A stretch of 64,000 nt of DNA from Candidatus Harrisonbacteria bacterium CG10_big_fil_rev_8_21_14_0_10_49_15 (GTDB taxonomy: Bacteria; Patescibacteriota; Minisyncoccia; UBA6257; 1-14-0-10-44-23), in assembly GCA_002773415.1 (NCBI GenBank), contig PFBD01000020.1, positions 25,667-89,666 of the forward strand, written 5' to 3'. The notes under the pieces are model-generated. The model had not been told where the DNA came from. It did not search any database and worked only from the letters and a program-made list of their open reading frames with translations. This document shows, in pieces, positions 9,144 through 18,303 of this stretch (positions are counted from its first letter, which is position 1; every line of letters begins with the position of its first letter). A program made the translations under genes and the position numbers.

Positions 9144-9392
9144 ATGAATAAACAAAAAGGTTCAGCGGGAGTTGTTTGGGTCATAATCATTGTTATCGTG
9201 GTGGCGCTACTGATCTGGTGGCTCGCCGGTACAGGTCCTGCAGAAGCACCTGCAGTTGAGGAGAACGAGACGCTTTCCGAGCAGATTGAAGATCAAGAGG
9301 CAGCTGAGATTGCGGCCGAGCTCGAGGGCCTGGGCGAGGCTGACTTGGAGGCAGAGTTTTCTGATGTTGAGACAGACTTAGAGCAACTGTAA
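9144..9392 (+). CDS. Small membrane-anchored acidic protein
   Basis: N-terminal TM segment VWVIIIVIVVALLIWWL, then an acidic tail. Confidence 0.5.
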   Translation: MNKQKGSAGVVWVIIIVIVVALLIWWLAGTGPAEAPAVEENETLSEQIEDQEAAEIAAELEGLGEADLEAEFSDVETDLEQL

Positions 9393-9418
9393 AAAATAGT
9401 AAGTAACAATTAGTAGAA

Positions 9419-9452
9419 ATCGGCTCCGACGTAGGTCGGAGCCGATTTCGTT
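9419..9452. terminator. Rho-independent terminator (atcggctccgacgtaggtcggagccgat + T-run). A TATAAT box follows directly
   Basis: 11-bp stem. Confidence 0.6.
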
Positions 9453-10494
9453 GTATAATGGAATAATGGAGAAGAAAGAAACTAGAAACTCGAATATAGA
9501 AACTGGAATAGCTGCCCGGGCTGCGATTTTGATTCTATTTTCTAGTTTTTATTTTCTAGTTTCTGCGCCTTTGGCGCATGCGCAGGAGTATGGTTTTTTG
9601 GAGCGGAATATTTGGTTTTCACAGGAGCTGCTTTTTGCCGGTGAGACAGTGCGGATCTACACAGTTGTTTTTAATGGTAGCGAAGAGGATGTTACCGGTA
9701 CTGTTGAGTTTTATGATCAGGCGGAGAAGCTCGGCGAAGCCAAGTTTTCTTTGGCAAAAGGAGAGCAGTTGCGCGATGTTTGGATAGATTGGTTGGCGAA
9801 AGAGGGCGAGCATGCAATTACCGCTCGCATAAATGGTGCTAGCTCAGCAATTTTGACTAAGGTCGTGGATGGCGATCGGGATGGTGATAAGATTGGCGAT
9901 AGGGAAGATCTGGATAATGATAATGATGGTATCTCTGATGCTCAAGAAAAAAAAGACGGCACAGATCCTTTTAAGGCGGATACAGATGGTGATGGTCTTA
10001 ACGACTTGGAAGATCCGGCACCACTTGTTTTTAATCTAAAAGAGGAAAAACAGGAACAAGTACAAAAAGAAGAAAAGCCGACTTTAAAAGATACGGCGGA
10101 GGTGGCAACTGCGAATGTTCTTGGGGTAATGGAGGGTTTTCGGGAGCGATACGAACAGGGGCTAGAAGATAAAAAACAGGAACTGCGGGGCGAGCTCGAT
10201 GCGTATAAAGAGGAGGATGCCTTGGCTCGGCAGGAGCAGTCAAATAGTCGCAATACTTCCGGTCAACGTCTTAATGAGGCGGCCGGAGAGGAGTTTGTGC
10301 GTTTGACTGACAGTGAAGATGGCCTGCCAAAGTTGTCCGGGGCGAGGATTGTTAAATTTTTGTATTACGGAGTTGTCTCTGTTGGATTGTTTATTTTTGA
10401 ACACAAGCCTGTGTTCTACGCGGTGCTGGGGTTGATATTCCTGAAGTTCATCTTTATTATCATCGGCAAATTTCGCAAGAAACGCTACGGGTAA
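9451..10494 (+). CDS. Secreted/membrane protein with thrombospondin-type-3-like Ca-binding Asp repeats and C-terminal TM helices
   Basis: Signal peptide, then DGDRDGDKIGDREDLDNDNDGISD..DTDGDGLNDLEDP, then C-terminal hydrophobic segments. Confidence 0.65.
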   Translation: MYNGIMEKKETRNSNIETGIAARAAILILFSSFYFLVSAPLAHAQEYGFLERNIWFSQELLFAGETVRIYTVVFNGSEEDVTGTVEFYDQAEKLGEAKFSLAKGEQLRDVWIDWLAKEGEHAITARINGASSAILTKVVDGDRDGDKIGDREDLDNDNDGISDAQEKKDGTDPFKADTDGDGLNDLEDPAPLVFNLKEEKQEQVQKEEKPTLKDTAEVATANVLGVMEGFRERYEQGLEDKKQELRGELDAYKEEDALARQEQSNSRNTSGQRLNEAAGEEFVRLTDSEDGLPKLSGARIVKFLYYGVVSVGLFIFEHKPVFYAVLGLIFLKFIFIIIGKFRKKRYG

Positions 10495-10560
10495 CATCAG
10501 ACGAATTACGAATTGGTTACGAATTTACGAATCAGGTCTTTTCCGCTACGCTAGAGCGAT

Positions 10561-11643
10561 ATGAACAGAGGGTTTTGGAGTGAATTAAAGAAGCCAATAA
10601 TGGTGCTGGCGCCGATGGCGAATGTCACGGATGCGGCTTTTCGGCGCATTATTGCCAAGTACGGTAAACCGGATGTTTTTTGGACAGAGTTTGTTTCGGT
10701 AGAGGGATTGTTGTCGGTAGGTCGGGAGAAGTTGCTGATAGATTTTTGGCATACAAAAGAGGAGAAACCGATTGTGGCGCAGATTTTCGGTGGGAAACCG
10801 GAGCAGTTTTACGAAGTGGCCAAGCTTTGCGTGGAGTTGGGTTTTGATGGGATTGATATCAATATGGGTTGCCCGGATAAGGGTGTAGAGAAAAGCGGCG
10901 GCGGCGCGGCTTTAATAAAAGATCCGGCGCGTGCGCAAGAGATAATTTTGGCGATTAAGGGCGGCGTGAGAGACGTGGGTAGTGCCATCCCTGTCTCGGT
11001 TAAAACTCGGCTGGGCTATAACAAAAATGAGCTGGAAACTTGGGTACAGGCGCTTTTAAAAGCTGAGCCGGCGGTGATAACCATGCACTTGCGCACGCGC
11101 AAAGAGATGAGCAAGGTTCCGGCGCACTGGGATCAGATGCGAACGATGGTGGAACTCGTTACACGTTATACGAATCGTGATACACGGCCATTGCTTTTTG
11201 GGAATGGTGATGTGATGAGCGTTGAGGAGGCGCGGATGAAAGTTGCGGAAACTGGCGCAGATGGAGTGATGCTTGGCAGGGCTATTTTTGGTAACCCCTG
11301 GTTATTCGCGAAAGATCCTTACTCCAATGTTCTTGAGAACATTGGAGTAAGTGAAAGGCTGCAAGTGATGGTAGAGCACACCAAGCTTTTTGAGGAGTTG
11401 TATGGATTGAATTCCTCCTTTTCTAAAGGAGGTGGCCGAAGGCCGGAGGATTTAAATCCCTCCCGGTTGCGCCGGACTCCCTTTACAAAAGGGAGAATTA
11501 AGCCGTTTGATCTTATGAAAAAGCACTATAAGGCGTATTGTAACGGGTTCGATGGCGCGAAAGAGTTGCGAGTGAAGTTAATGGAAGCGGAAACCGCGGC
11601 GGAGGTAGAGGAGTTGGTGAGCTTGTTTTTGAAAAAGAGCTAG
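10561..11643 (+). CDS. dus: tRNA-dihydrouridine synthase (Dus family) carrying an in-frame family-A element
   Basis: MVLAPMANVTDAAFRRI.., NMGCP, and the catalytic-region hallmarks. Insert NSSFSKGGGRRPEDLNPSRLRRTPFTKGRIKPF. Confidence 0.85.
   Translation: MNRGFWSELKKPIMVLAPMANVTDAAFRRIIAKYGKPDVFWTEFVSVEGLLSVGREKLLIDFWHTKEEKPIVAQIFGGKPEQFYEVAKLCVELGFDGIDINMGCPDKGVEKSGGGAALIKDPARAQEIILAIKGGVRDVGSAIPVSVKTRLGYNKNELETWVQALLKAEPAVITMHLRTRKEMSKVPAHWDQMRTMVELVTRYTNRDTRPLLFGNGDVMSVEEARMKVAETGADGVMLGRAIFGNPWLFAKDPYSNVLENIGVSERLQVMVEHTKLFEELYGLNSSFSKGGGRRPEDLNPSRLRRTPFTKGRIKPFDLMKKHYKAYCNGFDGAKELRVKLMEAETAAEVEELVSLFLKKS
11411..11498. repeat. Family-A element copy 3 (inside dus), module order B-C-A
   Basis: attcctccttttctaaaggaggtggccgaaggccggaggatttaaatccctcccggttgcgccggactccctttacaaaagggagaat. 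Confidence 0.8.
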
Positions 11644-11653
11644 GTGCGAATCG

Positions 11654-11684
11654 GACCCGCGCGACGCTGTGCGTTGCGCGGGTC
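11654..11684. terminator. Hairpin terminator (gacccgcgcg...cgcgcgggtc) serving dus and the minus-strand micro-operon
   Basis: 10-bp GC stem. Confidence 0.5.
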
Positions 11685-11704
11685 CGTAGTCCTTGTCCGG
11701 GCCT

Positions 11705-11863
11705 TTAGTGGGCCCGGACCGGAGACGATTCACCCGAGTTCGGCACGGGTGAGTCCGAGGAGTGTAGTAGCAGGCAAAGCCCTCCTACTACAACCACAAT
11801 CGTCCAGAACCAGACGAGCAGCTTCATATACATCTGGCCGTCTCTGGACTCTTCTGTCGTCAT
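11705..11863 (-). CDS. Unannotated 52-aa single-TM peptide
   Basis: SD ggagaactagATG sits 16 nt after the upstream stop. Hydrophobic core KLLVWFWTIVVVVGGLCLLL. GC-rich. Confidence 0.45.
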   Translation of the reverse strand: MTTEESRDGQMYMKLLVWFWTIVVVVGGLCLLLHSSDSPVPNSGESSPVRAH

Positions 11864-11879
11864 CTAGTTCTCCTTGGGG

Positions 11880-12221
11880 CTAGGCGAACTCGAGTCCGGC
11901 CTCAAGTTCCTCCCAGGACATCGACCCCCCTGACTCTTCGTCTCGGGGGTCGGCCTCCTTTACGGGTCGACCGGCCGGCCGCCCGGTGGGGGCGGAGTAG
12001 CGGCGGTCCGTTCTGGGATGGGGCTTCGAGTCCAGGATCCCGCTTGGTGTTCTCGGCTCTCGTACGGTGGCGCGTTGTGTTCGGGCCAAGGTACCCTCCT
12101 CTTCTTTTTGCCAGCTGATGTAGCCGGCACCTTTCTTTTTATAGCGCTTGCATAAGGAATAGTCAAATAGCCAGTTCATTTTAGATAGTGGTACACTGGG
12201 TAATATATGCAATTTGAGCAA
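11880..12221 (-). CDS. Hypothetical protein in a GC-rich islet. The true start is probably internal (MNWLFDY..). Co-oriented with the micro-peptide gene
   Basis: ORF with GC-rich, Arg/Pro-rich composition. Its stop is immediately followed by the SD of the next micro-ORF. Confidence 0.4.
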   Translation of the reverse strand: MLKLHILPSVPLSKMNWLFDYSLCKRYKKKGAGYISWQKEEEGTLARTQRATVREPRTPSGILDSKPHPRTDRRYSAPTGRPAGRPVKEADPRDEESGGSMSWEELEAGLEFA

Positions 12222-15200
12222 GAACTAAAAAGATTAAATCTGGCTCAGCGGCTGGCGGTGGAAACCATTGAAGGGCCGGTGATGGTCATTGCCGGGCCAG
12301 GTACGGGTAAGACGCAGATCTTGACGCTGAGAATTGCGAATATTTTGGCTACGACGGACACTGAGCCGGAGAATATCTTGGCCATCACCTTTACGGAGAG
12401 CGGTGTTGCGGCGATGCGCAAGCGTTTGGCGAGCATTATCGGAGCGCCGGCGTATCGTGTATGCATCACGACGTTTCACGCGTTTTGTAATTCGATAATC
12501 CAGGAGCACGCGGAGAGCTTTCCGCGAGTAATCGGCAGTACGGCGATGACTGAGGTGGATCAAGTTCTAGTTCTTCAGTCACTAGTCACTAGTCTTAAGT
12601 TAAAGGCCTTAAGGCCTTTTGGCAACCCTTTCCATTATCTGAAGGATATTTTAAATGCGATAAACGAGATGAAGAGGGAAAATGTCAGCCCGGAGAAGTT
12701 TGCCAAGATTGTGGCCGAGGAAGAGGCAGTTTATGAGCGACTTGATGAGAGCGAGACGCATCACCAAAAAGGCGCGCATCAAGGGAAAAAGAAGTTGGAG
12801 TATGTAAAAAAAGAAAAGCAGATAGCGAAGAGCAAAGAGTTGAGTGCTGTATATTCTCAATATCAAGACGAACTAGGCAAGCAAAAGCGCTATGACTACA
12901 CGGACATGATCATGGAGGTGGTGCGGGCGCTTGAGCAAGACAAGGATCTTTTATATGAGTTGCAGGAGCAGTATCAGTATGTGTTGGTGGATGAGCATCA
13001 GGATACGAATAACGCGCAGAACAAGTTGTTGGAGTTACTGCTAAGCTTTCACGATAATCCAAATTTGTTTGTGGTGGGGGATGCGAAGCAGGCTATTTTT
13101 CGTTTTCAGGGGGCGAGTTTGGAAAACTTTTTGTATTTTAAGAATTTGTATCCCGAGGCAAAGCTTATTGAGCTGGAGCATAACTATCGAAGTACTCAGA
13201 CTATTTTGGATTCGGCGCATGGTGTTCTACCAAGTCCAAAGCCGCTTCAAGCTCAGGCTCAGCATCCAAAGAAGCAGATTCTTTTGGCAGAGCTGACTAG
13301 CCCAGACGCGGAGCTGTATTGTGTCGCAAAACATATTCAAGAGCGAATTTCCGCTGGAGCAGCTAGAGAGGAAATAGCTGTTTTGTATCGGGACAACAAA
13401 GATGTTTTGGGGGTAGCTAAGATGCTGGAGCGGTTGGAGGTGCCGTTTGTGATTGAGTCTAACCAGAATTTGTTTGAAGATAAAGAAGTAAAAAAACTGC
13501 TTGGTTTGTTATACGCGACTCACCATCTTGGTAATCAGGAGTTGTTGACCGCCCTGTTGCATACGGATTTTTTGAACATTGATCCGCTGGACGCGTACAA
13601 GCTCGTTATTTTTGTAACCAGAAAAAAGAATGCGGAAAAAGGAAGGAGGTTGGGATTGTATGATGTGCTGCGGTCAGAAAAACTACTGAGCGCCGCGGGG
13701 GTGGGAGATCCAAAACCGTTTTTGGAGCTGTACGCGAAGTTGGCAGGCTGGCGAAAGTTGAGCGAGTACTCGAACGTGGCCGAGGTGTTTGAAGTAGTTG
13801 TGCGCGAGAGCGGCTTGTTGGCACATATTCTGGCGCTACCAAATGCGGTCGAGGCGCTGGCGAAGATCAATACTTTGTTTGACGAGGCAAAGAAGTTGCT
13901 GGAGGCTCACCCGCGCTACTCTTTGGCGCAGTTTGTGGAGTACTTGGATATGCTGCGCGAGCACGATCTACTAGTGAAAAACACCCGGCCCGGACGAGTG
14001 AGCCACGCGGTGCGGCTAATGACCGCGCACGGCTCTAAAGGTCAGGAGTTTGAGTATGTGTATATCGTCAATGCTTTTGACGGGCACTGGGGGAATAAGC
14101 GGCGGATAGAGAAGTTGAAGCTGCCAGTTGGTGTTTATACTCTAGGAGGATCCCTCCCGGCTACGCCGGACTCCCTTTACAAAATGGAGAATAATTCCTC
14201 CTTTACTAAAGGAGGTGGCCGTAGGCCGGAGGATTTTTTCAAGGATGACAAAGATGACAAAAACGCCGACGAACGAAATCTTTTTTATGTGGCGTTGACG
14301 CGGGCCAAGCGGGAGATTGTTATTTCGTACGCGCAGGCGCGCGCGGATGGTAAAGAGCAGTTGCCGAGTCAGTTTGTGGCAGAGATACCAGAGGGGTTGC
14401 TGGAAAAAATGGATGTGAGCGGTTATGAACGAGAGCTTAGCGAGCGACAGGAAATCGTTTGGACAGGACCCTCCTTCGCTAAAGCTACGGAAGGGCAAGG
14501 TAGGGTGGCGGAAAAAGAATTTGTGCGCGAATTATTTTTGGAGCGGGGACTAGCCGTTACGGCACTCAATAATTATCTGACCTGCCCGTGGCAGTGGTTT
14601 TATTCAAATCTGTTGCGTGTGCCCGAAGCGCAAAATAAGCATCTGTTGTATGGCACGGCGATTCACGCGGCGTTAAAAGATTTTCATGATTGGCGTCAGG
14701 CAGATAATAAAAAGGGGAAGGCCGAGGAGTTTTTGATTGGGGCTTTTGAAAATGCATTAACGCGACTCCCCTTTTCGGAGCGTGATTTAGCAGAGACTTT
14801 GGAAAAGGGTAAGCTGGCTTTAGCCGGATATTATGAGGAGTATAAAAAAACATGGAACTCTCCCCTGCTTTCAGAATTTGCCGTGGCCGGCGTGCATGTG
14901 CCGGTTAGTGGTGTAAAGGATGTTAAGGAGTTGCGTTTGACCGGAAAACTAGACGCGGTGGAGGTGTTAGCGAACGGGCGAGATGTAAGCGTGATAGATT
15001 ACAAAACCGGCAAGCCCAAGAGCCGGAACGAGCTTATGGGTAAGACAAAGAGTGCGGACGGAAACTACTACCGGCAGTTGGTTTTTTACAAATTATTGTT
15101 GGATAATTATCCAAGCGCCGGGAAGAAGAAGTATGAAATGGTCTCCGGCGTGATTGACTTCATAGAACCAAATGACCGCGGGAAGTACATTCGCGAGGAG

Positions 15201-15344
15201 TTTGAGATAGCTGACACCGAGGTGGAAGAGCTGCGAAGCCTTATCCAAGCCAAGGCCAAAGAGATTTTGAATCTGGACTTTTGGGACAACCGCTGCGACG
15301 CTCAGGATTGTCGCTACTGCGAATTAAGGAGCTTTATGAGATAA
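12207..15344 (+). CDS. UvrD/PcrA-like superfamily-1 helicase fused to a C-terminal PD-(D/E)XK (Cas4/AddB-like) nuclease domain. Carries an in-frame family-A element
   Basis: Walker A AGPGTGKT, VDEHQDTN, and the later VDEHQDT/GDAKQAIFRFQGA motifs. C-terminal VIDYKTGKPK..QLVFYKLL..CDAQDCRYC. Insert GGSLPATPDSLYKMENNSSFTKGGGRRPEDFF. Confidence 0.85.
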   Translation: MQFEQELKRLNLAQRLAVETIEGPVMVIAGPGTGKTQILTLRIANILATTDTEPENILAITFTESGVAAMRKRLASIIGAPAYRVCITTFHAFCNSIIQEHAESFPRVIGSTAMTEVDQVLVLQSLVTSLKLKALRPFGNPFHYLKDILNAINEMKRENVSPEKFAKIVAEEEAVYERLDESETHHQKGAHQGKKKLEYVKKEKQIAKSKELSAVYSQYQDELGKQKRYDYTDMIMEVVRALEQDKDLLYELQEQYQYVLVDEHQDTNNAQNKLLELLLSFHDNPNLFVVGDAKQAIFRFQGASLENFLYFKNLYPEAKLIELEHNYRSTQTILDSAHGVLPSPKPLQAQAQHPKKQILLAELTSPDAELYCVAKHIQERISAGAAREEIAVLYRDNKDVLGVAKMLERLEVPFVIESNQNLFEDKEVKKLLGLLYATHHLGNQELLTALLHTDFLNIDPLDAYKLVIFVTRKKNAEKGRRLGLYDVLRSEKLLSAAGVGDPKPFLELYAKLAGWRKLSEYSNVAEVFEVVVRESGLLAHILALPNAVEALAKINTLFDEAKKLLEAHPRYSLAQFVEYLDMLREHDLLVKNTRPGRVSHAVRLMTAHGSKGQEFEYVYIVNAFDGHWGNKRRIEKLKLPVGVYTLGGSLPATPDSLYKMENNSSFTKGGGRRPEDFFKDDKDDKNADERNLFYVALTRAKREIVISYAQARADGKEQLPSQFVAEIPEGLLEKMDVSGYERELSERQEIVWTGPSFAKATEGQGRVAEKEFVRELFLERGLAVTALNNYLTCPWQWFYSNLLRVPEAQNKHLLYGTAIHAALKDFHDWRQADNKKGKAEEFLIGAFENALTRLPFSERDLAETLEKGKLALAGYYEEYKKTWNSPLLSEFAVAGVHVPVSGVKDVKELRLTGKLDAVEVLANGRDVSVIDYKTGKPKSRNELMGKTKSADGNYYRQLVFYKLLLDNYPSAGKKKYEMVSGVIDFIEPNDRGKYIREEFEIADTEVEELRSLIQAKAKEILNLDFWDNRCDAQDCRYCELRSFMR
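14147..14238. repeat. Family-A element copy 4 (inside the helicase), module order A-B-C
   Basis: atccctcccggctacgccggactccctttacaaaatggagaataattcctcctttactaaaggaggtggccgtaggccggaggatttttt. Confidence 0.8.
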
Positions 15345-15345
15345 A

Positions 15346-15867
15346 ATGGAGAATTTGCTAGATATTGTAAACGAACAAGACGAGGTGATAGGGCGGGCGA
15401 CTGCTCAGGAGATCCATGCGAAGTTGCTGCATCATCGAGTGGCGGCAGTGTTTGTGTTTTGCGGAGATAAGCTGTTGGTGCAACAGCGGGCAAGGGTGAA
15501 AGATGGACTGCTGGATCACTCGGTTGGTGGCCACGTGGATGCCGGCGAGTTTTATGAAAAGGCGGCAGCACGGGAGATGCAAGAAGAGATCGGGCTAGAG
15601 GTGTCTTTACAGTTTGTTGGTCGAGTACCAGGTGCTGACAGAAGGAATCATGTTTTGAGTTTATTTGAAGTTGAGATTGACAATGTTCAGTTTGAATCCC
15701 TGGAAATTGATATGCGGGAGATGGAGGAGTTAATCCCGATGACTCTGGAAGAGGTGTCACAAAAGATGAACGAGAATCCGGCGGCATTTACGGACGGGTT
15801 TTTGAGTACGTTTAATTTTTATGTTACCAAGAAGGGGCTGTCGATCCCTCTGGTACCAAGAAAATAA
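15346..15867 (+). CDS. NUDIX hydrolase
   Basis: Nudix box GGHVDAGEFYEKAAAREMQEEIGLEV. Confidence 0.8.
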   Translation: MENLLDIVNEQDEVIGRATAQEIHAKLLHHRVAAVFVFCGDKLLVQQRARVKDGLLDHSVGGHVDAGEFYEKAAAREMQEEIGLEVSLQFVGRVPGADRRNHVLSLFEVEIDNVQFESLEIDMREMEELIPMTLEEVSQKMNENPAAFTDGFLSTFNFYVTKKGLSIPLVPRK

Positions 15868-15877
15868 ACGTACTAAC

Positions 15878-15909
15878 CTATTTCACAATTTGGTTAAATT
15901 GTGAAATAG
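15878..15909. promoter_or_regulatory. Perfect-armed 32-bp palindrome ctatttcacaatt-tggtta-aattgtgaaatag (putative operator), followed by a TATACT box
   Basis: 13-bp arms. A second copy lies downstream of the same regulator gene and a variant lies at 20602. Confidence 0.6.
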
Positions 15910-15923
15910 GGTATACTGGGATC

Positions 15924-16202
15924 ATGAACAATAAGGAGTGGGTGAGAGTGTTTAAGGCGTTGGCGAATCCGAATCGTTTGATGATCATTCGGATGCTAGC
16001 CGATGGTCGCGAGCGGCACGTGACTACCATCTCCTCGGAGATCCATGTGACTATGTCGGGAACATCACGACATCTACGGCAACTTACGAATTTAGACATT
16101 CTGCTTGAGTCGGGGAAGGCGAATCATGTTTTTTATTCGCTCAATCCGAGTATGCTGCCGGAAACGAAAAAGGCGGTTGAGCTGTTTTTAAAGTCGCACT
16201 AG
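15924..16202 (+). CDS. ArsR/SmtB-family winged-HTH transcriptional regulator
   Basis: ALANPNRLMIIRMLADGRERHVTTISSEIHVTMSGTSRHLRQL. Confidence 0.75.
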   Translation: MNNKEWVRVFKALANPNRLMIIRMLADGRERHVTTISSEIHVTMSGTSRHLRQLTNLDILLESGKANHVFYSLNPSMLPETKKAVELFLKSH

Positions 16203-16221
16203 TAATTTATTCTAGTTAAAC

Positions 16222-16253
16222 CTATTTCACAATTTAACCAAATTGTGAAATAG
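16222..16253. promoter_or_regulatory. Second copy (inverted orientation) of the 32-bp palindrome, downstream of the ArsR gene and upstream of the kinase gene
   Basis: ctatttcacaatttaaccaaattgtgaaatag. Confidence 0.6.
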
Positions 16254-16277
16254 GTTATGGTTTTTTTATGTTGTTTT

Positions 16278-16319
16278 TAACGGCTCACGTGGATATATTT
16301 CTCCACGTGAGCCGTTAAA
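16278..16319. repeat. Perfect 15-bp-arm inverted repeat (aacggctcacgtgga..tccacgtgagccgtt)
   Basis: Read directly. Function unknown; it could be a terminator, an insulator or a binding site. Confidence 0.5.
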
Positions 16320-16373
16320 TTTGAGCCGTTGCTAACTTGATTTTTCTCGAATTGGAACGCATGATAGAACAAT

Positions 16374-16931
16374 ATGAAACTAGTTGTATTATTTGGACCG
16401 CCGGCCGTGGGGAAGATGACGGTGGCGCAGGAGCTGGCCAAGATAACGGATATTAAGGTTTTTCATAATCACATGACCATCGACTTGCTGACCAAGTTTT
16501 TTGAGTTTGGCAGTGAGCCGTTTCGAAAACTGTCACGTACTTTTCGTCGTGGAGTGATTGAGGAGGCGGCCAAAAGCAAGGTGAGTATAGCTTTTTCTGT
16601 AGCCTGGGATTTCAGCCAGTCTAGCGATACTGAAGAGATGAGGCATATTAAGGGTTTGGTAGAGAGTAATGGTGGGAGTGTGTATTTCGTGGAGTTAGAA
16701 GCGCCGCTTGAGGTGCGGCTGGAGCGAAACACGACGCCAAACAGATTGATGCATAAAGATAAGGCGAACGTGGCGGCGACAGAGAAAAATATTAGAGAGT
16801 GGCACAAGGTGTATCAGTTGAATAGTGCGCTAGGGGAGTTTCCGTTTCCGGAGCACTACCTGCGTCTAAGTACGGAGCATATGAGCGCGGCCGAGGCGGC
16901 GGTTGAGATTAAAAAAAGATTTGGTTTTTAA
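16374..16931 (+). CDS. P-loop NTPase / small-molecule kinase-like protein (AAA_33-like)
   Basis: Walker A GPPAVGKMT at the N-terminus. Size is 185 aa. Confidence 0.6.
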   Translation: MKLVVLFGPPAVGKMTVAQELAKITDIKVFHNHMTIDLLTKFFEFGSEPFRKLSRTFRRGVIEEAAKSKVSIAFSVAWDFSQSSDTEEMRHIKGLVESNGGSVYFVELEAPLEVRLERNTTPNRLMHKDKANVAATEKNIREWHKVYQLNSALGEFPFPEHYLRLSTEHMSAAEAAVEIKKRFGF

Positions 16932-16939
16932 AATGTACA

Positions 16940-16972
16940 GCGCCCGCCGAGAGAAGGTCTCTCGACGGGCGC
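16940..16972. terminator. Hairpin terminator (gcgcccg-ccgagagaaggtctctcg-acgggcgc)
   Basis: Nested GC stem. Confidence 0.5.
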
Positions 16973-16991
16973 CTGATTTGCGGTCGGCGCG

Positions 16992-17228
16992 TTAGGCGCC
17001 GGTGATTGCGGTCTTCAGGAACTCTTGAAGACCGCCGAAGGTGGTGACGCGCTCGGGTACCGGAACGCGTATGGCGCAGGGTACGCAGATGAGAGCCCAT
17101 CCCCTGGTGCCACGTCGAGCCCAGACCTTCGCCTCACAGCCCTTGTGGTGGCCGAGGGCTGTGTTCGGTCCTGGCGAGATCAAGGCCGAGGTTGGGGTTG
17201 GGTTGTGGAAGACGAGAATTTCTGGCAT
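16992..17228 (-). CDS. Doubtful Cys-containing small ORF in a GC-rich 280-bp islet. Its ATG is supplied by the IS terminal inverted repeat
   Basis: Peptide ..GHHKGCEAKVWARRGTRGWALICVPCAIR... The start codon lies inside the IS TIR (17224-17253), so the ORF is either created by the insertion or spurious. The region also contains strong hairpins. Confidence 0.2.
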   Translation of the reverse strand: MPEILVFHNPTPTSALISPGPNTALGHHKGCEAKVWARRGTRGWALICVPCAIRVPVPERVTTFGGLQEFLKTAITGA

Positions 17229-18303
17229 AAGGTGGAAAAACGGTGGGCTGTTTTAGCCCTTTTTTGATTTTCGAAGCGCCGTGCTGGAGTTAAGCATAAT
17301 GAGGTGTAATATCTTTTCTTGTTGTTGCTTGGAAGCGCCCCGATGTACTCGTATCAGATCACGCACATGCGAAAAATGACCTTCTAAAGAGTTGGTGTTC
17401 TTGGGAATGGTTGGATTAGATTCGTAGGTGAAGAGATAGGGAAAGAGCTCGCGGAGCGAGCGCGCGGCTTTTCTGAGCTCCTTGTGCGTGTACGACCAGA
17501 AGCCGTCCGGATGAGTAGTGGTTTCTGAAAGAAACGAGCCATACTTTTTCCAGTATAAAGAGATGCGAAGTTGCAGTGTTTTTCGGTCAGTGGTGTGCAG
17601 GCTTTTGCCTAGAGCCAGCAGTACCTCGCCAGCCTCGGTCTTGGGGTTTCGGGTGGTGCCGCGGATGATCAACCGCTCCATGTGCACTAGGCACATCTGA
17701 AAGGGAATCTTGAAAAACGCTGATCTGATGCCGCTAAAGCCGTCTCCGGTGACCGAGAGGATGGTGTAGCCCAAGGACTCCAAAGCACCCTTGCCCTGGG
17801 CATACGCCCAGGTGGTTTCTGTGTCCGTGCAAGTCCACCACAGGTCTTCGTGAGTCTGCCCATCTCGAAACACTAAAATACACCAGCTGTCTCCGGTGGT
17901 GCGCTTGCCGAAATATAAGGCGTCCACGAGCAGATGGACAGGTCTGGGGTGGTGGATTTTCTCCGGTATGAGGTATTGAGCCATCAGCTCTCTGATGGTC
18001 TGCGGATCATGCCCGGAGGTGGTGGCTAATTGACGGACTGTCTGTTCGCCAAAGACGTACGCATACCAGAGATTTTTGCTTTCTCTGGTATGAGCGCGTT
18101 TGGAGTTTCGGAATTGCTGTTTGCAGTGGTGACAACGATATGTCTGAATGCTCCGAGCAATACCATCTTTCTTAGTTTTTAAAGAGCCACGCTTCGGACA
18201 TTTTTTTGTTTTTTTTAATCATATGAGTTAAAAAATACGGCTAAAGCCGCATGAATGCAAGGGAAAGTGGGCGAAACAGCCCACCGTTTTTCCACCTTAT
18301 GCC
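17224..18303 (-). mobile_element. IS1595-family-like insertion sequence (~1080 bp) with 30-bp perfect terminal inverted repeats and an 8-bp target-site duplication (gaatttct)
   Basis: Left end ggcataaggtggaaaaacggtgggctgttt (17224-17253) is the reverse complement of 18274-18303. The flanking direct repeat gaatttct sits at 17216-17223 and 18304-18311. Confidence 0.8.
17253..18222 (-). CDS. IS transposase (DDE, IS1595-like with an N-terminal zinc-ribbon). The ORF is continuous for ~315 codons, but the only ATG (MIKKNKK) is in the +1 frame across an A7 run, so it needs a -1 slip or a homopolymer correction
   Basis: In-frame upstream extension KKTKKCPKRGSLKTKKDGIARSIQTYRCHHCKQQF... of the track ORF 17253..17984, then MAQYLIPEK... 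The ATG at 18220-18222 reads MIKKNKK and stops soon after in its own frame. The sequence cannot distinguish programmed frameshifting from a homopolymer-length error. Confidence 0.6.
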
